Notes under the pieces: generated by a model
The model's database searches: none
The model's input: the letters and a program-made list of their open reading frames with translations, nothing else
Told to the model about the DNA's origin: nothing
Shown: piece after piece, positions 26,274-34,658 of the stretch
Layout of the letters: each line of letters opens with the position of its first letter
How positions within the stretch are numbered: position 1 is the first letter of the stretch
Assembly (NCBI GenBank): GCA_001824255.1
Contig: MHWQ01000002.1
Span: 1 to 55,297, forward strand
Direction of reading: 5' to 3'
DNA from: Candidatus Zambryskibacteria bacterium RIFCSPLOWO2_02_FULL_51_21
GTDB lineage: Bacteria; Patescibacteriota; Minisyncoccia; Phycocordibacterales; Zambryskibacteraceae
Length of the DNA stretch: 55,297 nt
Position numbers and translations under genes: made by a program

Positions 26274-27988
26274 AGAAGGGAAGTATCCTAGTTGTTTTCG
26301 GAGGTGATGTTCCTAAGGATGCCGCCCGACGTTATGAAAAAATACTTAAGGGCGAGGCGCTTGGTGCGCTCCTTGGAGCTGGAAGTATCTACGAAGCCAA
26401 CGCGCTTCTTGAAGAGCTTGCGCAAGTGAAGCTTCCTGACGGCCGTCGCGTAGCGAAAGCTTTTACCTACAAAGGTTTCGAACTCTGGTGGATTCACTAC
26501 AACAGCCTCTATCTCCACTTCTGTCTTTCGTATACTCAGCATAAAAAGCTTCTGGAATACCTCACCAACTTTAAGCACGTAACGCTCTTTAACCCGCCGC
26601 ACAAAGGCCTTTTCTTATGCTATCTTTCGGCTCATAGCATCGAAACTCACCTACTCAAATCTAATAAGTTTAAAACTCCAACCTTCCTCCCTTTCGGCGT
26701 CTTTCTTCAGATTATTTTCACGCTGATAAGCGTGCCGATACTCGCATGTCTCAGAAAGAAGGTTCTGGTCTACACCGGAGACAAGTTCGAGAGAAACAAG
26801 GACTATGACTTCCGCATGAAGTTTGTCTACGAAGAGATGAGAAAGCGCGGCATTCCTTTCGTCGAATTCATCCGCGGTATCGAATCATGGAAAAACGTCA
26901 TCTCGCACGCATGGACGCGCCGCAGACCAGTAGTCTATGCTGACGGTATTCTCTTCCTCGCACGTTTCTTGAGCGCTATTTCTGGTGGACATAGGCGGGC
27001 GCGCAAAATGTTCGGGCCGCATCTCTTCTCACGGGAAGCGCCGGAGAATCGCTTCAAGCTTCTGCTTTCGACTCAGTTCGTTCTCGGCGTTTACGATGAC
27101 ATCTGGGCTATTAAAATTGCCTCAACAATATTGAGAATGATTGGAGTTAGAACAGCTTTTATCCCGGCCGGTTCCGAACGGAGTTTCCACACTCTTCTTG
27201 CCACGAAAATCAGGAACATTCCTTCTGTGGGGATTCTGCACGGCGCGGCATCGCGCTTCTATAATACTTACGATTTTATGCCAGGATTTGACGGTTCGCG
27301 GAGTCTTTCTGTAGGAGAGTACGGTCTCTGGAGCGAGTGGTGGCGGGAATATTACACTAAATACAGCAAGGTTTTGAGGCCCGAACAACTCGTTGTTTCC
27401 GGTCCCATGCGTCCGTATATCGCAAAATCCAATAATACGCAGGAGGCGCCAAGTCCGGATAGGGAAGTCCGCGTACTCTTTGTATCCGAGCAGCTCGCTG
27501 TGCCAGCCGAGGCGGGGGTGTATTTGGAAAAATTACTTGAGGCCAAAGACGTATCTGTTTTTATCAGTTTTCGTGTAGACCGCGATGGGTTCGAGAATTG
27601 GCTCAAGGCCAATCGTCCGGATATCTTGGCTCAAATTCCTTCCGAACGGATTATCAGGACAGGGATTATGGATGCGCTCGCTCAAGTGGATGTTGCCGTA
27701 GGGTCGCACAGCACAGGCGTTCTCGAAGCGCTCTATACAATGAAGTGTCCGATATTCTATGAGACAAGCAAGTGGGGCGACTACTTCAATCTCCGGGAAC
27801 ACCCATCAGATTATTCGTTTATTGTGGCTAGTCCCGAAGCGCTAGTCGAAGCTGTGAAAGCGGCTCCGAACATTCCACAGAAAGAATTAGATCGACTCAA
27901 AGAGCGCTTCTTCGGCGACCCGACAAGAAACGGTAGCAAGTGGGTTGTGGACGAATTGGAGAAGAATTTAAATACCTCTGCTGTTTAA
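26270..27988 (+). CDS. Uncharacterised membrane-associated protein. The C-terminal half looks like a GT-B-type transferase.
   Basis: 572 aa with an ATGA overlap to the upstream gene. Internal hydrophobic segment FLPFGVFLQIIFTLISVPILA. The C-terminal alpha/beta pattern (VRVLFVSEQL...VAVGSHSTGVLEALYTMKCPIFY) is reminiscent of capsule/teichoic-acid-type polymerases. The function is not established. Confidence 0.5.
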   Translation: MKKGSILVVFGGDVPKDAARRYEKILKGEALGALLGAGSIYEANALLEELAQVKLPDGRRVAKAFTYKGFELWWIHYNSLYLHFCLSYTQHKKLLEYLTNFKHVTLFNPPHKGLFLCYLSAHSIETHLLKSNKFKTPTFLPFGVFLQIIFTLISVPILACLRKKVLVYTGDKFERNKDYDFRMKFVYEEMRKRGIPFVEFIRGIESWKNVISHAWTRRRPVVYADGILFLARFLSAISGGHRRARKMFGPHLFSREAPENRFKLLLSTQFVLGVYDDIWAIKIASTILRMIGVRTAFIPAGSERSFHTLLATKIRNIPSVGILHGAASRFYNTYDFMPGFDGSRSLSVGEYGLWSEWWREYYTKYSKVLRPEQLVVSGPMRPYIAKSNNTQEAPSPDREVRVLFVSEQLAVPAEAGVYLEKLLEAKDVSVFISFRVDRDGFENWLKANRPDILAQIPSERIIRTGIMDALAQVDVAVGSHSTGVLEALYTMKCPIFYETSKWGDYFNLREHPSDYSFIVASPEALVEAVKAAPNIPQKELDRLKERFFGDPTRNGSKWVVDELEKNLNTSAV

Positions 27989-29230
27989 GCGCCAGATGGA
28001 AATATTGGCTATCATTCCAACGAAGTTGAAGATGACATTTGCCAGGATGAGGCCCATGATGCCGCCCCAGATGCCGAGTACGACGTAGAAAAGTATCTGC
28101 AACACCGACTGCAGAGCGCTATTGGCGAAGATGGCCCCGGACATTTTCTGGGAAACGAGGAGCAAGCTTATGTAACGGTTGGGTATGGCGAACAGGAAAC
28201 TTAGGGCGAGAATCTGTGAGTAAAGTATGGAATCCAGATATTGCGGCAAAAGATATTTGAATAGATACGGTGCCAGAGCGACGTATATCAGCGCGGCCAG
28301 CGCGCCAATCAAGATGCCTTGAAATATGCGTCTGTAAAACACGGTATTCAGCTCCGCAGCGGTTTTTACGCTGAACTTGGGCAAACCGATACCGACCCAG
28401 TTTTTTAAGAGAGCAACAGCCTTTTCAGGCACAGCCAGAGCAAGAGCGTAAATCGCCAGCTGTGCGGGGCCCCAGAAGTGTGTCAGGATTATTTTGTCTA
28501 TCTGCGAAGCTACTGGTCCGATGAATCCTACGTAAGTAAGCTTCCTCCCGTACCGCAATACTTCTCCGCCGTCTTCGGCGGGAGGTTTAAATTTTTTAAT
28601 GGTGAAAAAATAAAAGAAGAGGGTAGAGACGAATGTGGTGGCCGCGTAAGCGAATATAATCCATATAACCTCCCCGCTTAAAAAGATGGCAGCCAGAACT
28701 CCTATGACATAAATTACAGTCGAGCCCATGGTAGCCAGGCTCGCGAGTTTGAACTCTCTTTTGCCGTCGAGATAAGCTCCGTAAGTGTTCAAGGCTAAAG
28801 TTGCTGGAATAAATGCGCCCAAAGTGAGGAATGAGATGGAGAGCAAATCATCGCCTTGCATAAAGTAGTACCCGCTCAATATCCAGAAGGCCAGAAGCAT
28901 AAGAAGATTCCATTTGAGCTGGTATCTGACCGATGAGCGCAAGGCTCCATCATGGCCGACCGCTACTGTCTGGGAAACGGCGCTATTCATGCCTGTAAGG
29001 GTAAAAATGTTCAGTATCCCGGCCAAAGACAAGATGTATTTGTACATACCATAAGTCTCTTTCGGCAAGAGGTTTGCGAAAGCGATTATTAAAAACAGGG
29101 ATAGCAAGCTCGACATACCTTGTCCGAAAGATATCCAGAAGCCGCCCTTGGCGGCGTAAACCATGTCGGTTTTGAATAAGCTCTCGCTTCGGCGGAGGAG
29201 GTTGTAGGCCTTATTTCTCAGGCTTTCCAT
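27968..29230 (-). CDS. Oligosaccharide flippase (Wzx / MOP-superfamily polysaccharide biosynthesis protein)
   Basis: 420 aa with about 12 hydrophobic segments. The N-terminus is NKAYNLLRRSESLFKTDMVYAAKGGFWISFGQG, typical of Wzx. It is convergent with the upstream gene, with a 21-nt 3' overlap. Confidence 0.75.
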   Translation of the reverse strand: MESLRNKAYNLLRRSESLFKTDMVYAAKGGFWISFGQGMSSLLSLFLIIAFANLLPKETYGMYKYILSLAGILNIFTLTGMNSAVSQTVAVGHDGALRSSVRYQLKWNLLMLLAFWILSGYYFMQGDDLLSISFLTLGAFIPATLALNTYGAYLDGKREFKLASLATMGSTVIYVIGVLAAIFLSGEVIWIIFAYAATTFVSTLFFYFFTIKKFKPPAEDGGEVLRYGRKLTYVGFIGPVASQIDKIILTHFWGPAQLAIYALALAVPEKAVALLKNWVGIGLPKFSVKTAAELNTVFYRRIFQGILIGALAALIYVALAPYLFKYLLPQYLDSILYSQILALSFLFAIPNRYISLLLVSQKMSGAIFANSALQSVLQILFYVVLGIWGGIMGLILANVIFNFVGMIANISIWRLNSRGI

Positions 29231-29252
29231 ACGTCTTTAACATGGTACGATA

Positions 29253-31310
29253 ATGCCTATGAATAAACAAATGCTGCGGGGCGTGATATTTGCCGGGCTC
29301 TTCCTGATACCGTTTGTGCCGTTTCTTGTTTCCTCCTCGCTCTTCTTCCCGTTCATAACCACCAAGGCCTTCGCATGGAGAGCTATCGTCGAAGTTATTT
29401 TCGCGGCCTGGGTGGTGCTCGCGCTCTGGGACAAGCAATATCGGCCGAAGCGCTCTATTATTCTCTATGCCGTGTTGGCGTTTCTCGCCGTCATCGGGCT
29501 GGCCGACCTTCTGGGCGTTGACCGAGCGGCTAGTTTCTGGAGCAACTTCGAACGCATGGAGGGCTACATCTCGCTTCTTCATCTCGGTGCGTTCTTTCTC
29601 GTAATCAGCTCTATTTTTGAAGAAAAGCACTGGACGAGATGGTGGAACACTTCTCTTGCCGCTTCCGCCATCATGGCAGGTTACGCGCTCTTACAGGTCT
29701 GGGGCGTGCTCCAACCCTCGCAGGACCTGGCGCGCGTCGATGGCACCTTCGGCAACGCCATCTATCTCGCGGTTTACATGCTTATCCACATCTTCGTCGC
29801 CCTGCTTCTCATGGCAAGGGAGTGGAGGAACAAGAATATGCGCTGGACTTACAGCCTTCTTATCATCTTCCAGATTATTATCATCTATTACACGGCGACC
29901 AGAGGCGCTATCTTGGGTCTCCTGGGCGGACTCTTGGTGATGGCGGTTATCAACTCGATGAACAAAGAAGACCGCTCGATACGGAAAGCAAGCATCGCGG
30001 TCATTGTCGGTCTGGCGGTTCTTGTCGGCGGATTCTTCATGGTCAAAGACAGTGCGTTTGTCGCCAAGAGTCCGGTGCTCTCGCGCTTCTCCACCTTGAC
30101 GCTCGCTGATATCAAGACTCAAGGCCGCTACTTCGTCTGGCCGATAGCTCTTGAGGGCTTCAAAGAACGGCCCATCCTTGGCTGGGGGCAGGAGAACTTC
30201 TCTTATGTCTTCCAGGAGCATTACAAGCCGGAAATGTTTATTCTAGAACCATGGTTCGACAGAGCACATAACATTTTCCTTGACTGGGCGGTGGTTGGCG
30301 GGCTGCTAGGTCTTCTCGCGTATCTCTTGCTTTATGCCGCATACTTGCGTGTCGTCTGGCGCGGAGGAAACAGGTTCTCTTTTGCCGAGAAATCGATTCT
30401 CACCGGGCTCATCTCAGCGTATTTCTTTCACAACTTCTTCGTTTTCGACCATCTGACAAGTTATGTGCTCTTCTTCTCGCTTCTCGCCTATCTTCATTCG
30501 CATGCCACCGGCGAACTTCTCTGGATAAAAGATGTTTCCGAAACGCGAATAAAATCATTGGCCGTGCCTGCGGCGGCGGTACTCCTTGTTCTGGCGCTTT
30601 ACTTCGTGAACGCGAAGCCCCTTATGGGCAATGTTTATACGATTGAGGCGCTCAAGGCTGTGCAACTCAAGAATCCGCCGGCCGCCGCAACCTATTTTGA
30701 GAAAGCGTATCAAGCTTCGCTACTCGGCCGGCCGGAAGTGGTGGAGCATATGTCCTCAAACGTTCCATCAATACTCGGGAGCAATATTTCCGCGGAAGAA
30801 AAGAACTCTTTCTACTCGTTTGCGAAAGCGGCGGTGGAAGGACAAGCGAAAAAATTTTCCAATTCCGCCCGCACAGAGCTCATAGCCGGGTCTTTCTTCT
30901 CGGGTTTGGGACTATTGGATGACGCGAAACCATACTTCGAGCGGGCAAAGGAGCTCTCTCCCGGCAAACAACTCTCTTACTTCGAGCTTGGCGCCATTGC
31001 TATAAACCAAGGGCGGTCCGTCGAGGCGCTGGAGCTCTTCAAACAGGCCTATGAAATGGCTCCGGGTTACAACGAGGCGAAGATTATATATCTCGCGGGA
31101 GCCATTTATGCCGGTGACAGAGCGCTCGAGCGGGAACTTATGTCCGGAATGCCCGAAAGACTAGTAGTCTTCGATGACAGAATCGTTTCTGCTTATTACG
31201 CGACCAAAAGATTCGGAGACCTCACCGCACTTTTCGGGCGTCGCAAAGCGCTCGACCCGCAGAATGCCGCGACTTACGACGAATACATAAGACAGATACG
31301 GAATCAGTAA
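29253..31310 (+). CDS. O-antigen-ligase-family (Wzy_C) polytopic membrane protein with C-terminal TPR repeats
   Basis: Multi-TM N-terminal ~440 aa with YYTATRGAILGLLGG and a large loop (WGQENFSYVFQEHYKPEM...RAHNIFLDW). The C-terminal ~230 aa is TPR-like (YFERAKELSPGKQLSYFELGAIAINQGRSVEALELFKQAYEMAPGY). Confidence 0.7.
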   Translation: MPMNKQMLRGVIFAGLFLIPFVPFLVSSSLFFPFITTKAFAWRAIVEVIFAAWVVLALWDKQYRPKRSIILYAVLAFLAVIGLADLLGVDRAASFWSNFERMEGYISLLHLGAFFLVISSIFEEKHWTRWWNTSLAASAIMAGYALLQVWGVLQPSQDLARVDGTFGNAIYLAVYMLIHIFVALLLMAREWRNKNMRWTYSLLIIFQIIIIYYTATRGAILGLLGGLLVMAVINSMNKEDRSIRKASIAVIVGLAVLVGGFFMVKDSAFVAKSPVLSRFSTLTLADIKTQGRYFVWPIALEGFKERPILGWGQENFSYVFQEHYKPEMFILEPWFDRAHNIFLDWAVVGGLLGLLAYLLLYAAYLRVVWRGGNRFSFAEKSILTGLISAYFFHNFFVFDHLTSYVLFFSLLAYLHSHATGELLWIKDVSETRIKSLAVPAAAVLLVLALYFVNAKPLMGNVYTIEALKAVQLKNPPAAATYFEKAYQASLLGRPEVVEHMSSNVPSILGSNISAEEKNSFYSFAKAAVEGQAKKFSNSARTELIAGSFFSGLGLLDDAKPYFERAKELSPGKQLSYFELGAIAINQGRSVEALELFKQAYEMAPGYNEAKIIYLAGAIYAGDRALERELMSGMPERLVVFDDRIVSAYYATKRFGDLTALFGRRKALDPQNAATYDEYIRQIRNQ

Positions 31311-31473
31311 AGAAAAATTTCCGGAAGTAAGTTATCCACATATAAGACGTTTATACTATTGTATGTGCGGGTAGTAAGTATGATAATTAATATAACCGCA
31401 GAAAAATATTTTCCAAAATATTTTTCTGCGACTGACGTTACCAATAATATCCTGAGACGTCTCGGGAAACACA

Positions 31474-31533
31474 ATGGCAAAGAAAAAGAAAGTAGCGAAG
31501 AAGAAGAAATCTTCGCGCAAGAAGCGAGCATAG
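31474..31533 (+). CDS. Candidate 19-aa polybasic micro-ORF (MAKKKKVAKKKKSSRKKRA)
   Basis: ATG at 31474 to TAG at 31531-31533, in an otherwise non-coding AT-rich spacer. A strong terminator follows 20 nt downstream. No clear SD. It is too short for the ORF track. Confidence 0.3.
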   Translation: MAKKKKVAKKKKSSRKKRA

Positions 31534-31552
31534 TCCCGCTTCTGCCGGAAAA

Positions 31553-31585
31553 GCGCCCAGGCCCCGCAAGGCCGGGCGTTTTTCC
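31553..31585 (+). terminator. Rho-independent terminator
   Basis: GCGCCCAGGCC (31553-31563), loop CCGCAA, GGCCGGGCG (31570-31578) with one bulge, then TTTTTCC. Confidence 0.7.
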
Positions 31586-31598
31586 TTGTTAAAAAATG

Positions 31599-31607
31599 TG
31601 GTAAAAT
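31599..31607 (+). promoter_or_regulatory. Extended -10-like element TGGTAAAAT upstream of secA
   Basis: TGnTAAAAT ends 9 nt before the secA ATG (31617). The near-identical TGCTAAAATAAG sits at 45602. There is no good -35. Confidence 0.25.
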
Positions 31608-31616
31608 AAGCTTCTC

Positions 31617-34079
31617 ATGGCTATTTTAGGCGGTTTATTCGGTTCGCCGGAAGAAAGAAAGCTTGCCTCCTGGAAGCCCCTAGTGGGGCGTATTAACGCG
31701 CTGGAAAAAGAGTTTGAAAATCTCTCTCCGGAAGATTTGAAGTCGAAAACGGAAGATTTCAAAAAGCGCATTTCAAACGGTGCTACGCTCGACGATATTC
31801 TGCCGGAAGCATTTGCCGCAGTACGCGAAGCGGCCAAGAGGACTCTCGGCCAGCGGCATTTCGACGTGCAGCTTCTGGGGGGATTGGCGCTCTATCATGG
31901 CGGCATCGCCGAGATGAAGACCGGCGAAGGCAAGACTCTGGTCGCCACTCTGCCAGCATATCTCACGGCGCTCGAAGGGAGGGGCGTGCACGTAGTGACC
32001 GTGAATGATTATCTCTCGCGCCGCGATGCCGCCTGGATGGGACAAATTTATAATTACCTCGGTCTCTCGGTCGGCGTATTGAATGACCAGCTCTCGTATC
32101 TCTACGACGAATCCCATACTTCAAAGAAAGCAGATGAGGAAAGAGATGTGGAAGGCTCTTTCCAGGTTGTTTACGAATTTTTGAGGCCGGTCAACAAGCA
32201 GGAAGCGTACCGCGCCGACATAACTTACGGCACCAATGTCCAGTTCGGCTTCGATTATCTTCGTGACAATCTGGTCTACGACGAGCGGTATCTCGTCCAG
32301 CGCGATTACCACTACGCTATCGTCGACGAAATAGACTCGATTCTCATAGATGAAGCGCGAACGCCCTTAATCATTTCCGGCAACGTGGGTTCGGCCGGAG
32401 AACTTTATACCCGCTTCGCGAAAATTGCCGCCTCTCTCGATGAAGGAAAGGATTACGCGGTCGACGAGAAGCTCAAAGCCATTTCTCTCACTGACGATGG
32501 CATAAACAAGGCCGAGAAACTTCTCGGCATAGAGAATATTTATACCGAAGGCGGCATAAAATACGTCCATCATCTCGAAACCGCCGTCAAGGCAAAGGCG
32601 CTTTATCACAAGGACAAAGAGTATGTCGTAAAGGGCGACGAAGTCGTGATTGTCGACGCGTTTACCGGCCGTTTGCAGCCCGGCCGGCGTTGGTCGGAGG
32701 GGCTTCACCAGGCGATTGAGGCGAGGGAAGGGGTGAAGATTAAGGAGGAATCGAGGACTTACGCCTCAATTACCTATCAGAACTTCTTCCGCATGTACAA
32801 GAAACTTTCCGGCATGACGGGCACCGCCACCACTTCCAAAGAGGAGTTCTACAAAGTTTACGGACTTGAGACTTATGTCATTCCCACCAATAAGCCCGTG
32901 GCGAGAATCGACCATGGCGACCTGATTTTCCAGACCCATGCCGGCAAGATGAAAGCGGTGGCGAAAAAGGCCAAAGAGCTTAATCAAAAAGGCCAACCGC
33001 TCCTAATTGGCACGGTTTCAATTGAACACAACGAACTTCTTTCGGAATATCTCAAGAATGAAGGCATCAAGCACGTGGTTTTGAATGCCAAAAATCACGA
33101 GCAGGACGCGCAAGTCTACGCCCAAGCCGGACAGAAGGGGTCGGTGACGGTAGCCACCAACATGGCCGGCCGAGGCGTGGACATCAAACTCGGCGGCAAC
33201 CCCTCGACGCAGGAGGAGTATGAGGAAGTGAAAAGTCTCGGCGGTCTCTTCGTCCTCGGCACCGAGCGCCATGACGCCCGCCGCATAGACAACCAGTTGC
33301 GGGGGCGAAGCGCGCGCCAGGGCGACCCCGGTGAGACGCAATTCGTAGTTTCTCTCGAGGATTCGCTGATGCGCATCTTCGCCGTCGATGCCATAAAGAG
33401 CATGATGGGCCGTTTCAATATTCCCGAAGACGAGCCAATAGAGAACAAGCTCATCACGAGCTCTCTCGAGAAGGCGCAGGAAAAGATTGAGGGCTTCAAC
33501 TTCGACGCAAGGAAGCACGTGCTTGAGTTCGACGATGTGCTGAACTTCCAGCGAAACATCATTTACGGCAAGCGAAGGAAGATTCTCATTGGCGGGAAAG
33601 CTGAAATCGAAGAATATTTGAAAGAAAATAAGATTGAGAGGGAATTGCCCTTGGATCGCCCGGAAGTGCTCGAAATAATGAGGAGAATTATTCTCCAGAC
33701 CATAGACCTCTTCTGGGTGGACCATCTCGAAATGATGGAGTACTTGCGCGGGAGCGTGAATCTGCGCGCTTACGGCCAGCGCGACCCTCTGGTCGAGTAC
33801 AAGAAGGACGGTCTGCGCTTCTTCCGCGAAATGGAAATGTCGATTGCCCGGCAAATCGCCGAATTCGTGGCGGCGCTTGATTTGGAAGCTTTGATAGCAG
33901 CGGCAGATTCTGCGATGAAAGAAGAACCAATTACGTCCGTTGGTTCAGAAACACGGGTCGCTGCTAAAAGCAGCATCGGAAGAAACGACCCGTGTTTCTG
34001 TGGTTCCGGAAAGAAGTGGAAAAACTGCGGTCTCAAGAATACCACAGAGCATCAGGAGCGCATGGCTAAGGTAAGATAA
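31617..34079 (+). CDS. secA: Preprotein translocase ATPase SecA
   Basis: Walker A MKTGEGKTLVATLPAYL. DEAD-like VDEIDSILIDEARTPLIISG. C-terminal zinc finger CFCGSGKKWKNCG. 820 aa. Confidence 0.97.
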   Translation: MAILGGLFGSPEERKLASWKPLVGRINALEKEFENLSPEDLKSKTEDFKKRISNGATLDDILPEAFAAVREAAKRTLGQRHFDVQLLGGLALYHGGIAEMKTGEGKTLVATLPAYLTALEGRGVHVVTVNDYLSRRDAAWMGQIYNYLGLSVGVLNDQLSYLYDESHTSKKADEERDVEGSFQVVYEFLRPVNKQEAYRADITYGTNVQFGFDYLRDNLVYDERYLVQRDYHYAIVDEIDSILIDEARTPLIISGNVGSAGELYTRFAKIAASLDEGKDYAVDEKLKAISLTDDGINKAEKLLGIENIYTEGGIKYVHHLETAVKAKALYHKDKEYVVKGDEVVIVDAFTGRLQPGRRWSEGLHQAIEAREGVKIKEESRTYASITYQNFFRMYKKLSGMTGTATTSKEEFYKVYGLETYVIPTNKPVARIDHGDLIFQTHAGKMKAVAKKAKELNQKGQPLLIGTVSIEHNELLSEYLKNEGIKHVVLNAKNHEQDAQVYAQAGQKGSVTVATNMAGRGVDIKLGGNPSTQEEYEEVKSLGGLFVLGTERHDARRIDNQLRGRSARQGDPGETQFVVSLEDSLMRIFAVDAIKSMMGRFNIPEDEPIENKLITSSLEKAQEKIEGFNFDARKHVLEFDDVLNFQRNIIYGKRRKILIGGKAEIEEYLKENKIERELPLDRPEVLEIMRRIILQTIDLFWVDHLEMMEYLRGSVNLRAYGQRDPLVEYKKDGLRFFREMEMSIARQIAEFVAALDLEALIAAADSAMKEEPITSVGSETRVAAKSSIGRNDPCFCGSGKKWKNCGLKNTTEHQERMAKVR

Positions 34080-34083
34080 TCCT

Positions 34084-34656
34084 ATGCAAGAAGCTCTCGA
34101 CATACTCAAGGCGATAAACAGCGTGGTGCTTGAGCCCAATCTCACGAGCGCCGTCGTCATCCTCATCTTCGCTTTCGCCAACGAGCTTCTTGTCGTGGTG
34201 CCTTACGCTCTTATTCTCTCAGGACAGCTCCTGTTCCTCAATGAGGCCGTAACACCCGCCCTCTTGGCGAAACTTCTGGTCTTTGTGGCGGTGCCCGTTG
34301 GTCTTGGCAGCACCTTGGGCACAATGGCCTTCTACGGCCTGGCCTATTTCGGCGGTAAGCCGGCCGTCAACAAATACCATAAGTATCTGCACTTTTCCTG
34401 GAATGACGTAGAGAAAGTCAGCACCCGTTTCAAGGGAGTTTGGTACGACGAAATAATTTTTCTACTGCTTCGCGTGGTGCCGGTCCTGCCGTCTATGCCG
34501 CTTTCTCTCGTCGCAGGATTCTTCAGGATGCGTTTCTGGCCATACTTCGTCTTAACTGCGGTGGGTCTGATTGTCCGCATGCTACTCACTCTTCTGCTTG
34601 TCGGTGTCGGCGTCGGCGGTCTGTCGGGACTCATGCTTTTGATTTATAATAACTAA
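34084..34656 (+). CDS. DedA/VTT-family membrane protein
   Basis: 190 aa with 4-5 TM helices. VVVPYALILSGQLLF...YGLAYFGGKPAVNKY...RVVPVLPSMPLSLVAG is the DedA pattern. Confidence 0.75.
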   Translation: MQEALDILKAINSVVLEPNLTSAVVILIFAFANELLVVVPYALILSGQLLFLNEAVTPALLAKLLVFVAVPVGLGSTLGTMAFYGLAYFGGKPAVNKYHKYLHFSWNDVEKVSTRFKGVWYDEIIFLLLRVVPVLPSMPLSLVAGFFRMRFWPYFVLTAVGLIVRMLLTLLLVGVGVGGLSGLMLLIYNN

Positions 34657-34658
34657 TC

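Noticed and set aside
31332-31340. A perfect DnaA-box consensus, TTATCCACA, in the AT-rich spacer before secA (possible oriC?)
   Set aside because: It is a single box. A 9-mer is expected by chance with appreciable probability in 2 x 55 kb. I saw no cluster of boxes, no dnaA/dnaN nearby and no AT-rich 13-mer array.
33018-33854. A 278-aa minus-strand ORF, plus several shorter ones, inside secA
   Set aside because: It is antisense to secA, which is certain. There is no independent support.
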